64,000 bases of DNA, from the NCBI GenBank assembly GCA_014729085.1, contig WJKM01000004.1:68345-132344 (forward strand). Direction: 5' to 3'. Source of the DNA: Candidatus Dojkabacteria bacterium. Lineage in GTDB: Bacteria > Patescibacteriota > Dojkabacteria > B142 > WJKM01. Made by a program: the position numbers and the translations under genes. This document shows positions 49,997-59,243 of the stretch, piece by piece. The notes under the pieces were generated by a model. That model searched no databases. It saw nothing but the letters and a program-made list of their open reading frames with translations, and was not told where the DNA came from. How positions within the stretch are numbered: position 1 is the first letter of the stretch; each line of letters starts with the position of its first letter.

Positions 49997-50174
49997 TGGA
50001 GCGATGGACCGGGCTCACGTGGATTTGTAGACAAATCCAGTATCAATTCAGGTAAGTTCACTTCCTCATTTCATTCGTCGTTCACTAACCCTTCATTGTC
50101 GATCCGGTTTCCGGTTCTCGCCTTTCATTTCATACCAAAAATAAAAATTCCACCTTCCGGTGGATTTTAATTTT
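49997..50174. repeat. Module A copy abutting tRNA-Gly; starts with a 20 bp duplicate of the tRNA 3' end
   Basis: TGGAGCGATGGACCGGGCTC at 49997 and 50175. Hairpin TCCACC-TTCC-GGTGGA flanked by A and T runs. Confidence 0.95.
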
Positions 50175-50251
50175 TGGAGCGATGGACCGGGCTCGAACCG
50201 GCGACCTTCACTTTGGCAAAGTGACGTTCTAGCCAACTGAACTACCATCGC
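50175..50251 (-). tRNA. tRNA-Gly(GCC), CCA encoded
   Basis: Anticodon arm TCACT-TT-GCC-AA-AGTGA, GGTTCGAG T-arm, 3' end ...CGCTCCA. Confidence 0.97.
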
Positions 50252-50378
50252 ATCAAATTGAACTCATGTATTATAGTCATTATTTTAGATTGTTTCAATA
50301 TTTTATTTTATTGTTTCAAAAACTCGTTATATTGCATAATTGTCTTAAATGAGGTTATAATAGCAATCGTAAAACTTT

Positions 50379-50455
50379 GGGTGCTTAGCTCAACTGGCTA
50401 GAGCATCTCGTTTACACCGAGAAGGTTTGGGGTTCGAGTCCCTAAGCACCCACCA
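50379..50455 (+). tRNA. tRNA-Val(TAC), CCA encoded
   Basis: Anticodon arm TCTCG-TT-TAC-AC-CGAGA, GGTTCGAG T-arm. Confidence 0.97.
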
Positions 50456-50500
50456 TCAAATTCTTCAATTAGTACTTATCTTTTAACCTCGTATTTAATA

Positions 50501-51307
50501 ATGAAATCAGTAGGATTAGCCTTAAGTGCAGGTGGATCAAGAGGAATTGCCCATATTGGAGTTATTAAGTGTCTGGTTGAACATGATATCCCAATTGATA
50601 TGATCTCGGGAACTAGTGCAGGTGCACTAATAGGCGGATTGTATGCTTCAACAGGAGATATTTCAAAAGTTGAAACGATATTTAAAAATTTAAACAAAAG
50701 AGAAGTAATAAGTTTATTTACAGATCCTTCAATTAAAGCTGGATTCATTAAAGGAAATAAAACTGAGAATTTTTTGAGAAGACATTTTGAGCAAAGCGAG
50801 ATTAGCAAATTTCCAATAAAATTTCAGGCAGTAACAACAGATATTAATACTGGTAAAACAGTTAGATTTTCGAAAGGAGATGCTGTTGAGGCAATTAGAG
50901 CAAGCATTTCTGTCCCTCTTATATTTAAGCCTGTTGTGATCAATGGTAGACTCTTAGTTGATGGTGGCGTTACCGAACCAGTACCAGTTCACACATTAAC
51001 AAAAATGGGAGCGGATATTAGAATAGCAGTCAATTTAAATAATTCAAAGAGTATTGAAAAAATTGAGAAACAAGATTATAGAAAACCATCCATGCTTTCC
51101 ATTCTTCGTTCTACTATCTTATTACTCATCAATAATCTTGCGGAACAATTAGAAAAAGAAGCAGAGATTATTATCAAGCCCACTGTACCATTTGAAGGAT
51201 ATCTTCCAAATTTGGTTAAGTATATTGATAAATTTGAAGAAGTTGAGCAAGAGGGGTATAACAAAACGTTAAAACAAATTGAAAAAATTAAAAGTTTACT
51301 TAGATAA
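50501..51307 (+). CDS. Patatin-like phospholipase (RssA-like)
   Basis: GGSRGIAHIGV, GTSAG, ASISVP and DGG motifs. Confidence 0.92.
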   Translation: MKSVGLALSAGGSRGIAHIGVIKCLVEHDIPIDMISGTSAGALIGGLYASTGDISKVETIFKNLNKREVISLFTDPSIKAGFIKGNKTENFLRRHFEQSEISKFPIKFQAVTTDINTGKTVRFSKGDAVEAIRASISVPLIFKPVVINGRLLVDGGVTEPVPVHTLTKMGADIRIAVNLNNSKSIEKIEKQDYRKPSMLSILRSTILLLINNLAEQLEKEAEIIIKPTVPFEGYLPNLVKYIDKFEEVEQEGYNKTLKQIEKIKSLLR

Positions 51308-51386
51308 TTAAGTGGGACAAGAATCCAATTGTAGTAACTTTTCATGTTATACTTTTTTAAATTATTTAAGCATCTCACCATACACA

Positions 51387-52373
51387 ATGGATAAAGTACA
51401 CTTCCTCAAAAATTTCGAAGATTTGTACTCACATAGTAAAAATCTTCTAAAAAATACTTACAAGCCTCACTCTAAGATACTTGTCAAACTTCACTTTGGA
51501 GAGCCAGGAAATAAGACCGCATTTAAACCAGAAGATGTAAAACCAATTATTAAAGCTTTAAATGAATTAAAACTTGAACCAACATTAATCGATTCACCTG
51601 TTGCATATAATTCTCCGCGCGGAACTGTAGAAGGCTACGAACAGTTTGCTAAACAAAAAGGTTTTAACAAACTTGCACCATGTCTAATTTCCAATAATGG
51701 TAAAAGGGTTGAAATGAAAGACATTCCAATCGAAGTAATTAAAGAATTAATTGAAGCAGAAAATGTCTTGGTTCTATCACATGTTAAGGGACATGGTTGT
51801 GCAGGTTTTGGAGGAGCTATTAAAAATTTGGGTATGGGTGGAGTAACAAAGGAATCAAAATCCAAAATCCATGGATTATGCAAGCCCAAATTTATCAAAG
51901 AATGTCAGGGGTGTGGAACTTGTGCAAAACTTTGTCCAGCCCATGCAATAAAAATGACAGATGGAAAAGCTGAATTTGATTTGAATGCATGCTACGGCTG
52001 TTCCATTTGTGAGATTGAATGTCCCTTTAAGTGTTTAGCTCCAATTAAAGCAATATTTGATGATCTACTTGCACAAGGTGCAGCAGCTGTTATTAACAAC
52101 TTTCCAGAAAACACATTCTATATTAATGTAATTAAAAATATTACCGAAGGATGTGATTGCCAATCAAATGCTGGTCAAATTCTTTCAGATGATATCGGAG
52201 TTTTACTTAGTAAAAATCCCGTTGCTATAGACCATGCAAGTATTGATCTAATTAACAAAACGAACGAAAAGAATATATTCCTAGAGCATACACACAAAGA
52301 TCCCTTATTACATGTTGAATATGCAGCTAAATATACTAACTGGGAAGAAGATTATGAGATTGAAGAACTATAA
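51387..52373 (+). CDS. DUF362 domain protein with two 4Fe-4S ferredoxin motifs
   Basis: VKLHFGE, H.KGH...GFGGAIKNLGMG, two CxxCxxCxxxCP and CDC. Start at ATG MDKVHF. Confidence 0.88.
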   Translation: MDKVHFLKNFEDLYSHSKNLLKNTYKPHSKILVKLHFGEPGNKTAFKPEDVKPIIKALNELKLEPTLIDSPVAYNSPRGTVEGYEQFAKQKGFNKLAPCLISNNGKRVEMKDIPIEVIKELIEAENVLVLSHVKGHGCAGFGGAIKNLGMGGVTKESKSKIHGLCKPKFIKECQGCGTCAKLCPAHAIKMTDGKAEFDLNACYGCSICEIECPFKCLAPIKAIFDDLLAQGAAAVINNFPENTFYINVIKNITEGCDCQSNAGQILSDDIGVLLSKNPVAIDHASIDLINKTNEKNIFLEHTHKDPLLHVEYAAKYTNWEEDYEIEEL

Positions 52374-53720
52374 CTATAGTTTATTAACCTGCCCAATAAA
52401 GAAAATTTCTCCGCTTTCTGCATCCTGTATAACAAAAACAAATGGTTTATCCATAATCATATAAAATGGATCTTCTACTGTTTCTGGAACAGCCTTGAGA
52501 GCCATTTCGACACTAGTTGCAGCAGAGGCCTCAGTTCCTTTCTCATTTATCTCTATAAAAGCCTTATGTCTGACTTCACTAATATATAAATCGTTTTCTT
52601 CGCGCATTAATGAAAAATCAGCACCTGGTGTAAAAGCCACTTCCATACCCATATCCTGAAGCATATTATTCAAACTTTTTGAATAGTCCATTTTAAATCT
52701 CGGCAAAATAATTTTTCCTTTACTTTTTTCGAAAGAATCCGTAAACTCATTGAAACTTTTAATAGAGAAGGAATCGAGAAAAGCATCCATTTCGTCTTTT
52801 GGAAGAACTATAATCATTTCTACTTTTTCTGTTTCACCGTACTTAAGACTAACAACTTGAATTTCTTCATTTTCAAAATACTCAAATTCCTTTTCAAGCT
52901 GCATCATAGGAACTTGAGACTCGGAACCATCAGTATTTTTAAATGATTTATTTTCTGTTAATTCGCTATTAAATTCATACTTCCAAATCCCCTTAAAATA
53001 AACGGCATTAATTAGATACATAATTACATCTGACTCAATAGGGAATTCAACAATTTTCTGGATTTTATTATTCGTATTCTTGTCTACCCAACTATTAATT
53101 AGCTCAACTGCCTGTTCTGAATCAAAGTTAATACTTGCTACTTCAGCATCAAAATTTTCTTGGTTTACATCCAAAAATTTGTTGTTGATTTTATATCCCT
53201 CCCTAATCCAGATCGAGTTGGCAATAGAGATATCAATATCTGCTTGTTTTTGTAAATAATCAATGATTTTTTTGCTTTCCTTGTTTATTTCTTCGGACGT
53301 TAATTGGGTCATAGCCAAAACATCCAAAATGGTTTGTCTTGTCTCTCCTTGAGCTCCATTTAATGGCATAGACAGAGCTAATGAAATACTTAGGGGAGAA
53401 ACAAATATATTCTTATTCTGTGCGGAATCTGTCAATTTTTTAAACAAGTTAAAGGCAAAAGCTGAGTGTGAAGTAATCAGTAAATTTTCATCTAGCGGAG
53501 AAGGCGGTATCATTTCTTCGATATCAATTTCAGAATGAGTCTCAGTTGGCTCAACAGTAACTGTAGGCTTTCCATTTTCTATTTCTATTTGAGAAGATTT
53601 ATAGCGATTAATAAATAATAAACCTAAAAAGAGAAAAAAAAGTAAAACAACAAAGACAGCAATTGCCATTGTAGTGGAAGAATTTCCTTTAGCAGGACTT
53701 TTTTTATCAATAAATTCCAT
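52374..53720 (-). CDS. Membrane-anchored serpin
   Basis: NIFVSPLSI, IN.WV...T, NAVYFKG.W, hinge EKGTEASAAT, DKPF.F.I and an N-terminal TM. Confidence 0.95.
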   Translation of the reverse strand: MEFIDKKSPAKGNSSTTMAIAVFVVLLFFLFLGLLFINRYKSSQIEIENGKPTVTVEPTETHSEIDIEEMIPPSPLDENLLITSHSAFAFNLFKKLTDSAQNKNIFVSPLSISLALSMPLNGAQGETRQTILDVLAMTQLTSEEINKESKKIIDYLQKQADIDISIANSIWIREGYKINNKFLDVNQENFDAEVASINFDSEQAVELINSWVDKNTNNKIQKIVEFPIESDVIMYLINAVYFKGIWKYEFNSELTENKSFKNTDGSESQVPMMQLEKEFEYFENEEIQVVSLKYGETEKVEMIIVLPKDEMDAFLDSFSIKSFNEFTDSFEKSKGKIILPRFKMDYSKSLNNMLQDMGMEVAFTPGADFSLMREENDLYISEVRHKAFIEINEKGTEASAATSVEMALKAVPETVEDPFYMIMDKPFVFVIQDAESGEIFFIGQVNKL

Positions 53721-53885
53721 AGCAAGTTACTTAATATATACTACTTAATATAATGACTTAAAAGTTAGCTCATTTCAAGTTAATTATTATTATTCTTGCC
53801 TAAAAAATTTCAAAAGTGTAAAATCGTGAAGTATAATAAAAGTACTTAAAACGAATTTAATTGAAAAATTAATTAGCACTTTTAT

Positions 53886-53958
53886 GCCGAGATAGCTCAG
53901 TTGGTAGAGCACACGACTGAAAATCGTGGTGTCGCCGGTTCAATTCCGGCTCTCGGCA
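53886..53958 (+). tRNA. tRNA-Phe(GAA)
   Basis: Anticodon arm CACGA-CT-GAA-AA-TCGTG, GGTTCAATTCC T-arm. Confidence 0.97.
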
Positions 53959-54201
53959 CTTTTTTTAGATGAAAAGAATAAACTATAGATTAGTATTTTT
54001 AAAACATGCTAATCTGTCGAAAACGAGTTTTATAAATTATAGGCATGGTCTGAGCTTATAAATCATCCCCAGTTTATTTTAAAAATGAACTTTAAATAAA
54101 AAGCTACATGTAACTCTCCATTTCACTTAGATTAATTACATAAAAATATAAAAACTTACAAAATCATGCTATAATACTATCGGATATATTATAATGTACT
54201 A

Positions 54202-55035
54202 ATGAACCAAGAAACAAATTCACAAGAAAGTAAAATAAAATTCACATACGATAAAAGTGGCCTAATTGATGGAACAATAGGACGAATTGGGCAACTTCTT
54301 ACTCATTTGAAACTCGGGACACTAGATAATATGCTCGAAGACTTCCCTGAAGAAAACATTCCTAAATTAGAGGAAAGATATAAAGACTTAGAACTGGAAG
54401 GGAATATTGAAGTTTATTTGAATCACTCTCCTTTATTTAAAAATCTCAAAAGACTTTTTGAAAAGGGAAGACGAAATAATTTATTTGCAAGAGTATTATT
54501 TGGAATTCCCTACACTATTGGACAGTGGCTAGGAGGGCAAATAACAAGAGCAGATTCTTATAATCCATATACAGAAACTGCACAAGTTTATCATCCAAAC
54601 GAAACCGTAGCTATGCACGAAATAGGGCATGCAGAAGATTTTGATGCTTCGGAGCATCCAACTATAAGATCACTCATTTACAGTATTCCATTTATAAGAT
54701 CAAAACTTGAATGGAATGCCTCCAAATATGCCATGGAACATATGACTGAAGATGAAAGAAAACAAAACTCAAAAATTTTGGAACCTGCACTTGGAACATA
54801 TCTTGCATTTGATACTGCGGAAACTGCCGTTAACGCTGCATTACTTGCAGGAGCTACCATTTCATCACCTGCGATCTCATTGATACTTAATGCTGCACCC
54901 TGGGTTGGAGCTGGTTTAGGTCATCTGTATTCAAGGGTCATAAAGGATCCTGATACAAATGTTTTCATTTCAAATAGTAAACAAAGTTATTTAGATGAAC
55001 CATCTGGAAGAGAGCCTGCCTTGTCTACGATCTAA
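54202..55035 (+). CDS. Putative zinc metallopeptidase-like membrane protein
   Basis: D.YNP.T, HEIGHA, downstream E..AS and hydrophobic C-terminal helices. Confidence 0.65.
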   Translation: MNQETNSQESKIKFTYDKSGLIDGTIGRIGQLLTHLKLGTLDNMLEDFPEENIPKLEERYKDLELEGNIEVYLNHSPLFKNLKRLFEKGRRNNLFARVLFGIPYTIGQWLGGQITRADSYNPYTETAQVYHPNETVAMHEIGHAEDFDASEHPTIRSLIYSIPFIRSKLEWNASKYAMEHMTEDERKQNSKILEPALGTYLAFDTAETAVNAALLAGATISSPAISLILNAAPWVGAGLGHLYSRVIKDPDTNVFISNSKQSYLDEPSGREPALSTI

Positions 55036-55036
55036 C

Positions 55037-56404
55037 TTAAATATTATCCAGTACCATAGCTAACTGTGAACCTCCAATTAAGGTTGGGGCTTTAACAAAA
55101 AACATATGATTATCTTCAATTAACATATCAGTTACTTCTCTTGCCTTTTCCATGATTTTTTCACTCTCCCAGAAGACTTTGCCATCAATTGGGATAAGTT
55201 TTGTCCCATTCTTATAACCAGCAGCTTTGGTAACACAAGCTATAGTGGCACCAATTGATTGTCCTGCCTGTATGGTAGCTCTGTAACTGCACTCTTTAAT
55301 TACTTTATATATGTAATGAACTTCAAAACCATCTAAAAAATTATTTAAATCTAATTTTATGAATTTCTTAAATCCAATCTTATCATCTGTAAAATATGAA
55401 AAGAAATGTTCATCTGGTTGATCAATTATCCACTCAACGATACTTTTCGACATCACTTCATTATCCGAAAGCAGAGAAATGGCTGCGGCAATTCTATATC
55501 TAATATAATCCCCACCCGTCAGATGCTCAATAAACTTTTTCTTAGTATGAATTAGATCAAGATCCATCATTTTTTGATGAATAAGTTCTGCAAGACCAAA
55601 TCTTTCTGGTCTAATAAATTTACTAACCTCTAAATTCAAATCTCGTATTGCTGCATTTGAACCATTGCTAAATACGAAACCAACAGGAAGCTTTTCAATA
55701 TCTTTGTGTTCATTATCCGAGGGTAGAAAGCTAACCACACAGGAAGTATCGTTTATTATATAAACATTTTTGAAATTAAAGCTAAAACTTTTATCTAACA
55801 AGTTTTTCCTTAATAAATTTCCTATATAACTTGGATATTTATATTCACCAAAATCTATAATATTCCAAGATTTGGGTAATTTCCTCCTAAGAAAATATGC
55901 ATCAATTCCATCATCAATAAGTTTATTCTGAACTGGAAAAGCAAGTGATAACAATACCGTGATATCTTGATTCATGGATTTATCCCATACTCCATCAACA
56001 ATCTTTAAGATTCTTAGAATAAACTGACGGAAAGTGCATCTTCTTTCTTTTCTAGGCATTACATATTTTTTTTCTTTCTGGACTTCCAAAACACCGCTCT
56101 TGGTTTTACTAATTACAGAAGATTTCCAAATTGTTCCACCTAAATTACAAGCAATTATTTGCTCCCCAACAGGTACTTTCTCAAATTGCTTGGATTTTAT
56201 CTGAGGTATATCTGTCTTGATAATATCAATCTTTGAATCTTCATCTACTCCCTCTACTTTAGATCTAATTGAATTAAGAACTGCTTCGTAAAACTCAGGG
56301 GCTAATACTCTTTTGATCTCAACATCAGTAAAAGGCCGAAGACCAAAACTATCCAACATTTGCTTTACATAATTCATATAGTCTGATGAGGAATTCGTTT
56401 GCAT
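55037..56404 (-). CDS. Hexokinase-family (eukaryote-type) protein, degenerate
   Basis: CNLGGT, SLAFPV, INDT, GFVFSNGSNAA, NLE, E...GG.Y and DG.VF follow the hexokinase motif order. Confidence 0.7.
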   Translation of the reverse strand: MQTNSSSDYMNYVKQMLDSFGLRPFTDVEIKRVLAPEFYEAVLNSIRSKVEGVDEDSKIDIIKTDIPQIKSKQFEKVPVGEQIIACNLGGTIWKSSVISKTKSGVLEVQKEKKYVMPRKERRCTFRQFILRILKIVDGVWDKSMNQDITVLLSLAFPVQNKLIDDGIDAYFLRRKLPKSWNIIDFGEYKYPSYIGNLLRKNLLDKSFSFNFKNVYIINDTSCVVSFLPSDNEHKDIEKLPVGFVFSNGSNAAIRDLNLEVSKFIRPERFGLAELIHQKMMDLDLIHTKKKFIEHLTGGDYIRYRIAAAISLLSDNEVMSKSIVEWIIDQPDEHFFSYFTDDKIGFKKFIKLDLNNFLDGFEVHYIYKVIKECSYRATIQAGQSIGATIACVTKAAGYKNGTKLIPIDGKVFWESEKIMEKAREVTDMLIEDNHMFFVKAPTLIGGSQLAMVLDNI

Positions 56405-56416
56405 TTAAAAATACTA

Positions 56417-57778
56417 TTATTTTACATATGATTCTTGGACCATAAGAAACTGGGCTAAACCAACTACACTAGATGCCTTTATCATACTAATATTATTTTC
56501 TGGAATTAATAAATTTATTACTTTTTGTGACTGCTCCTGAATTCCATAACCTTTCCAATATACTGCTCCTTCTACCGGAACAGCAATATCTCCTGTATTG
56601 TATTCAGCTGACTTGAGGACAGATGCAATCATTACTCCAATAGTTTGCCCTGCTTGAATTAAAGCACGGGTCGAACATTCTTTTAATATTACATAAATTC
56701 GACGTGCCTCGGTTTCTTCCTCCACTAAATTAAAGTCGAGGAAATCATCATAGGACATATCACCACTTGCTAAACGACTTACAATACTTGCATCTTCTTG
56801 CTGTATCATCCATTCAGCTATTCTATTTGAAATTATCTTATCTTCGGAGAGTATCGAAAGAGCTGATGCAATTCTATATCTAATGTAGTCACCTCCATGA
56901 AAATGCTCAATAAATTTCTTCTGGGTATGTACCAAACCAAGTTCGATCATTTTTTCATCTATCCTTCTGTCCAAATCTAACTCTTGAGGCATAATAAACT
57001 TGCCGGCTTCTAAGTTCCATTGTTTCAATGCTGCATTTGATCCTGTTCCAAAAACAAATCCCACCGGGTATTCACCAAACTCATCTTTACCTGGTAGTTG
57101 TTGAGCTACCGAATTCGCATCATTGAGAAAATATACATATTTTATATTTGGAAGAGAGTAGGTTGTTAATAACTTTTCCAAAAACAATTTACCAATCAAA
57201 CTGGGAAAAGGTAGTTTATGAAAATCTCTAACAATCCATGATTTAGGCAATTTCTGTCTTAGAAAGTAAGCATCTATTCCATACTCTGTTCTTACATTTC
57301 TATGAGGAAATCCTAAAGAAATACCTACGAATTGAAATTCATCCTTATCTTCTTCTTGCAGTATATTGTAGATTTGTTCTGCCATTTTCAAGATAAAATC
57401 CTGGAATCTGATATTTCGCTGTTTACGAGGTATATATATCATATTTTCTTTGTATATCTCTGTTTTTATATCATCCGTCTTTCGTACCAAAGATGTAACC
57501 CAATTAGTTCCTCCATAAGAACACGTAATTACTTTTTTCCCAACAGGAACGTTTTGGAACTGCTCCTTTGTAATCAACTCGACATCAGTAGGAATAGCAA
57601 GTAGGCCACCGTCTTCATTAGTAGGATCTCCATGTCTATTAATACCAACGTTTATCGCATGTAAATATTTAGGGAAAATAATATCGCGAAGTTCATATTC
57701 ACTAAAAGGACGCAATCCTATTTTATCCAGATTTATATTTATTTCTTTAATGAATGAATCTAATGACTCTTCCTGCAT
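56417..57778 (-). CDS. Hexokinase-family (eukaryote-type) protein
   Basis: SYGGTN, GISLGFP, LNDA, GFVFGTGSNAA, NLEAGKF and EGAVY motifs. Paralog of the adjacent gene. Confidence 0.75.
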   Translation of the reverse strand: MQEESLDSFIKEININLDKIGLRPFSEYELRDIIFPKYLHAINVGINRHGDPTNEDGGLLAIPTDVELITKEQFQNVPVGKKVITCSYGGTNWVTSLVRKTDDIKTEIYKENMIYIPRKQRNIRFQDFILKMAEQIYNILQEEDKDEFQFVGISLGFPHRNVRTEYGIDAYFLRQKLPKSWIVRDFHKLPFPSLIGKLFLEKLLTTYSLPNIKYVYFLNDANSVAQQLPGKDEFGEYPVGFVFGTGSNAALKQWNLEAGKFIMPQELDLDRRIDEKMIELGLVHTQKKFIEHFHGGDYIRYRIASALSILSEDKIISNRIAEWMIQQEDASIVSRLASGDMSYDDFLDFNLVEEETEARRIYVILKECSTRALIQAGQTIGVMIASVLKSAEYNTGDIAVPVEGAVYWKGYGIQEQSQKVINLLIPENNISMIKASSVVGLAQFLMVQESYVK

Positions 57779-57908
57779 ATATCTAGTTTAATATATTCTA
57801 ATCTATTTATACTAAATTTTAATAAAGATTAAAAATTCAAATTGACATTTATATCGTATATATATTAATATATTTTGGTTATATAAAATTAGTTGCACTT
57901 TAAATTAA

Positions 57909-58163
57909 ATGGAAACCGGCAAACCACTTATTATCCCCCCAAATCTACTCTCAACATGTCAAAAAATTCAAGGAAAACCCTGTACCGCTCTTGAATGGTC
58001 ACAAAATGGAAGGCAGGTACCAACTTGTGTAGCTCCAGATTCCTGTCACTGTATTAATAGAGAAAGACTCTTAATCCAACCAGATTCAGGAGATACAACT
58101 CATACATTAAGGGTTCATACTAATCCTCTAATTCATGTCGTATCCGGTCTATGGCCTTTTTAA
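57909..58163 (+). CDS. Small Cys-rich hypothetical protein
   Basis: 84 aa ORF with five Cys, preceded by an AT-rich region with TTGACA at 57842. Confidence 0.45.
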   Translation: METGKPLIIPPNLLSTCQKIQGKPCTALEWSQNGRQVPTCVAPDSCHCINRERLLIQPDSGDTTHTLRVHTNPLIHVVSGLWPF

Positions 58164-58235
58164 ATATATATTTTCACTTTGCATAAACATCCTATAATAT
58201 TTTATAATATATAGTATAAAATTTATTACGCATAG

Positions 58236-59171
58236 ATGGAAACCCTCAACAAACATACAACTCAACAACCGAGCAAAAATGATCTTCTTATACTTGGTTC
58301 GGGGCCAGCCGGGCTTACAGCTGGAATTTATGCCGGCAGAGCTGGATTAAATACGAAAATCATTGCTGGCAGAGAGCGGGGAGGACAACTTACAGGCAGT
58401 TCTAAAGTTGAAAATTTCCCTGGCTTTCCAGATGGAATAAATGGATTGGAACTAATGGATCGTACAATTAAACAGGCTGAACTAAGCGGTGCTGATATTA
58501 TCTACCAAGATGCAACATCAGTTGATCTAACCTCAACTCCCAAATGGATACAAACTGAAAATGGAGATAAATACGAGGCGGAACAAATTCTAATCGCAAC
58601 AGGCTCAACGCCAAAACGACTAGGAATTAAAGGTGAACAAAAATTCTGGGGTAGGGGAGTCTCAACCTGTGCTACTTGCGATGGCCCGTTATATAAAGAC
58701 AAAGACGTTGTAGTTGTTGGAGGAGGTAATAATGCATTTCATGAAGCACTTCATCTTGCACGAATGGGAGCCAAGGTAAAATTAGTACATAGAAGAGAGG
58801 AATTTAAAGCCGATGAAACCTTACAGGAAGAGCTTTTTTCACATCCTAATATCGAAATTTTGACTAATTCCGAATTGAGTTCCATTCAAGGAGAAGAAAC
58901 TGTTAAAAGTGTTTCAATACTCGCTAAAGACCAAGAAGATGAAAAACAGATTAAAACTGATGGAGTATTTATTGCTATTGGAACAGTTCCTAATACAGAT
59001 TTATTCTCCAATCAATTAGAACTAGATGAAGCAGGTCACATTCTTACGGATCAAAATTTAAAAACAAGTACTGACAAAGTCTACGCGGCAGGTGATGCGC
59101 GAGATTCAAGATATAAACAAGCAATTACTGCAGCAGCTGAAGGCGCAATGGCCGTAATGAATCTAAAATAG
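58236..59171 (+). CDS. trxB: Thioredoxin reductase
   Basis: GSGPAGLTA, GGQL, VENFPGF, CATCDG, VVGGGN, HRR and AAGD motifs. Confidence 0.96.
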   Translation: METLNKHTTQQPSKNDLLILGSGPAGLTAGIYAGRAGLNTKIIAGRERGGQLTGSSKVENFPGFPDGINGLELMDRTIKQAELSGADIIYQDATSVDLTSTPKWIQTENGDKYEAEQILIATGSTPKRLGIKGEQKFWGRGVSTCATCDGPLYKDKDVVVVGGGNNAFHEALHLARMGAKVKLVHRREEFKADETLQEELFSHPNIEILTNSELSSIQGEETVKSVSILAKDQEDEKQIKTDGVFIAIGTVPNTDLFSNQLELDEAGHILTDQNLKTSTDKVYAAGDARDSRYKQAITAAAEGAMAVMNLK

Positions 59172-59243
59172 TCCAAGCTTTCAATTCAAATCTTCGAAGA
59201 AATTCTATATACTATAAATATCTTATTCGGTTTCAAAATAACT

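Noticed and set aside
42706-50251. CRISPR array, classical integron or prophage
   Set aside because: There is no regular repeat-spacer period, no cas, intI or phage structural genes, and no clear attC-type sites.
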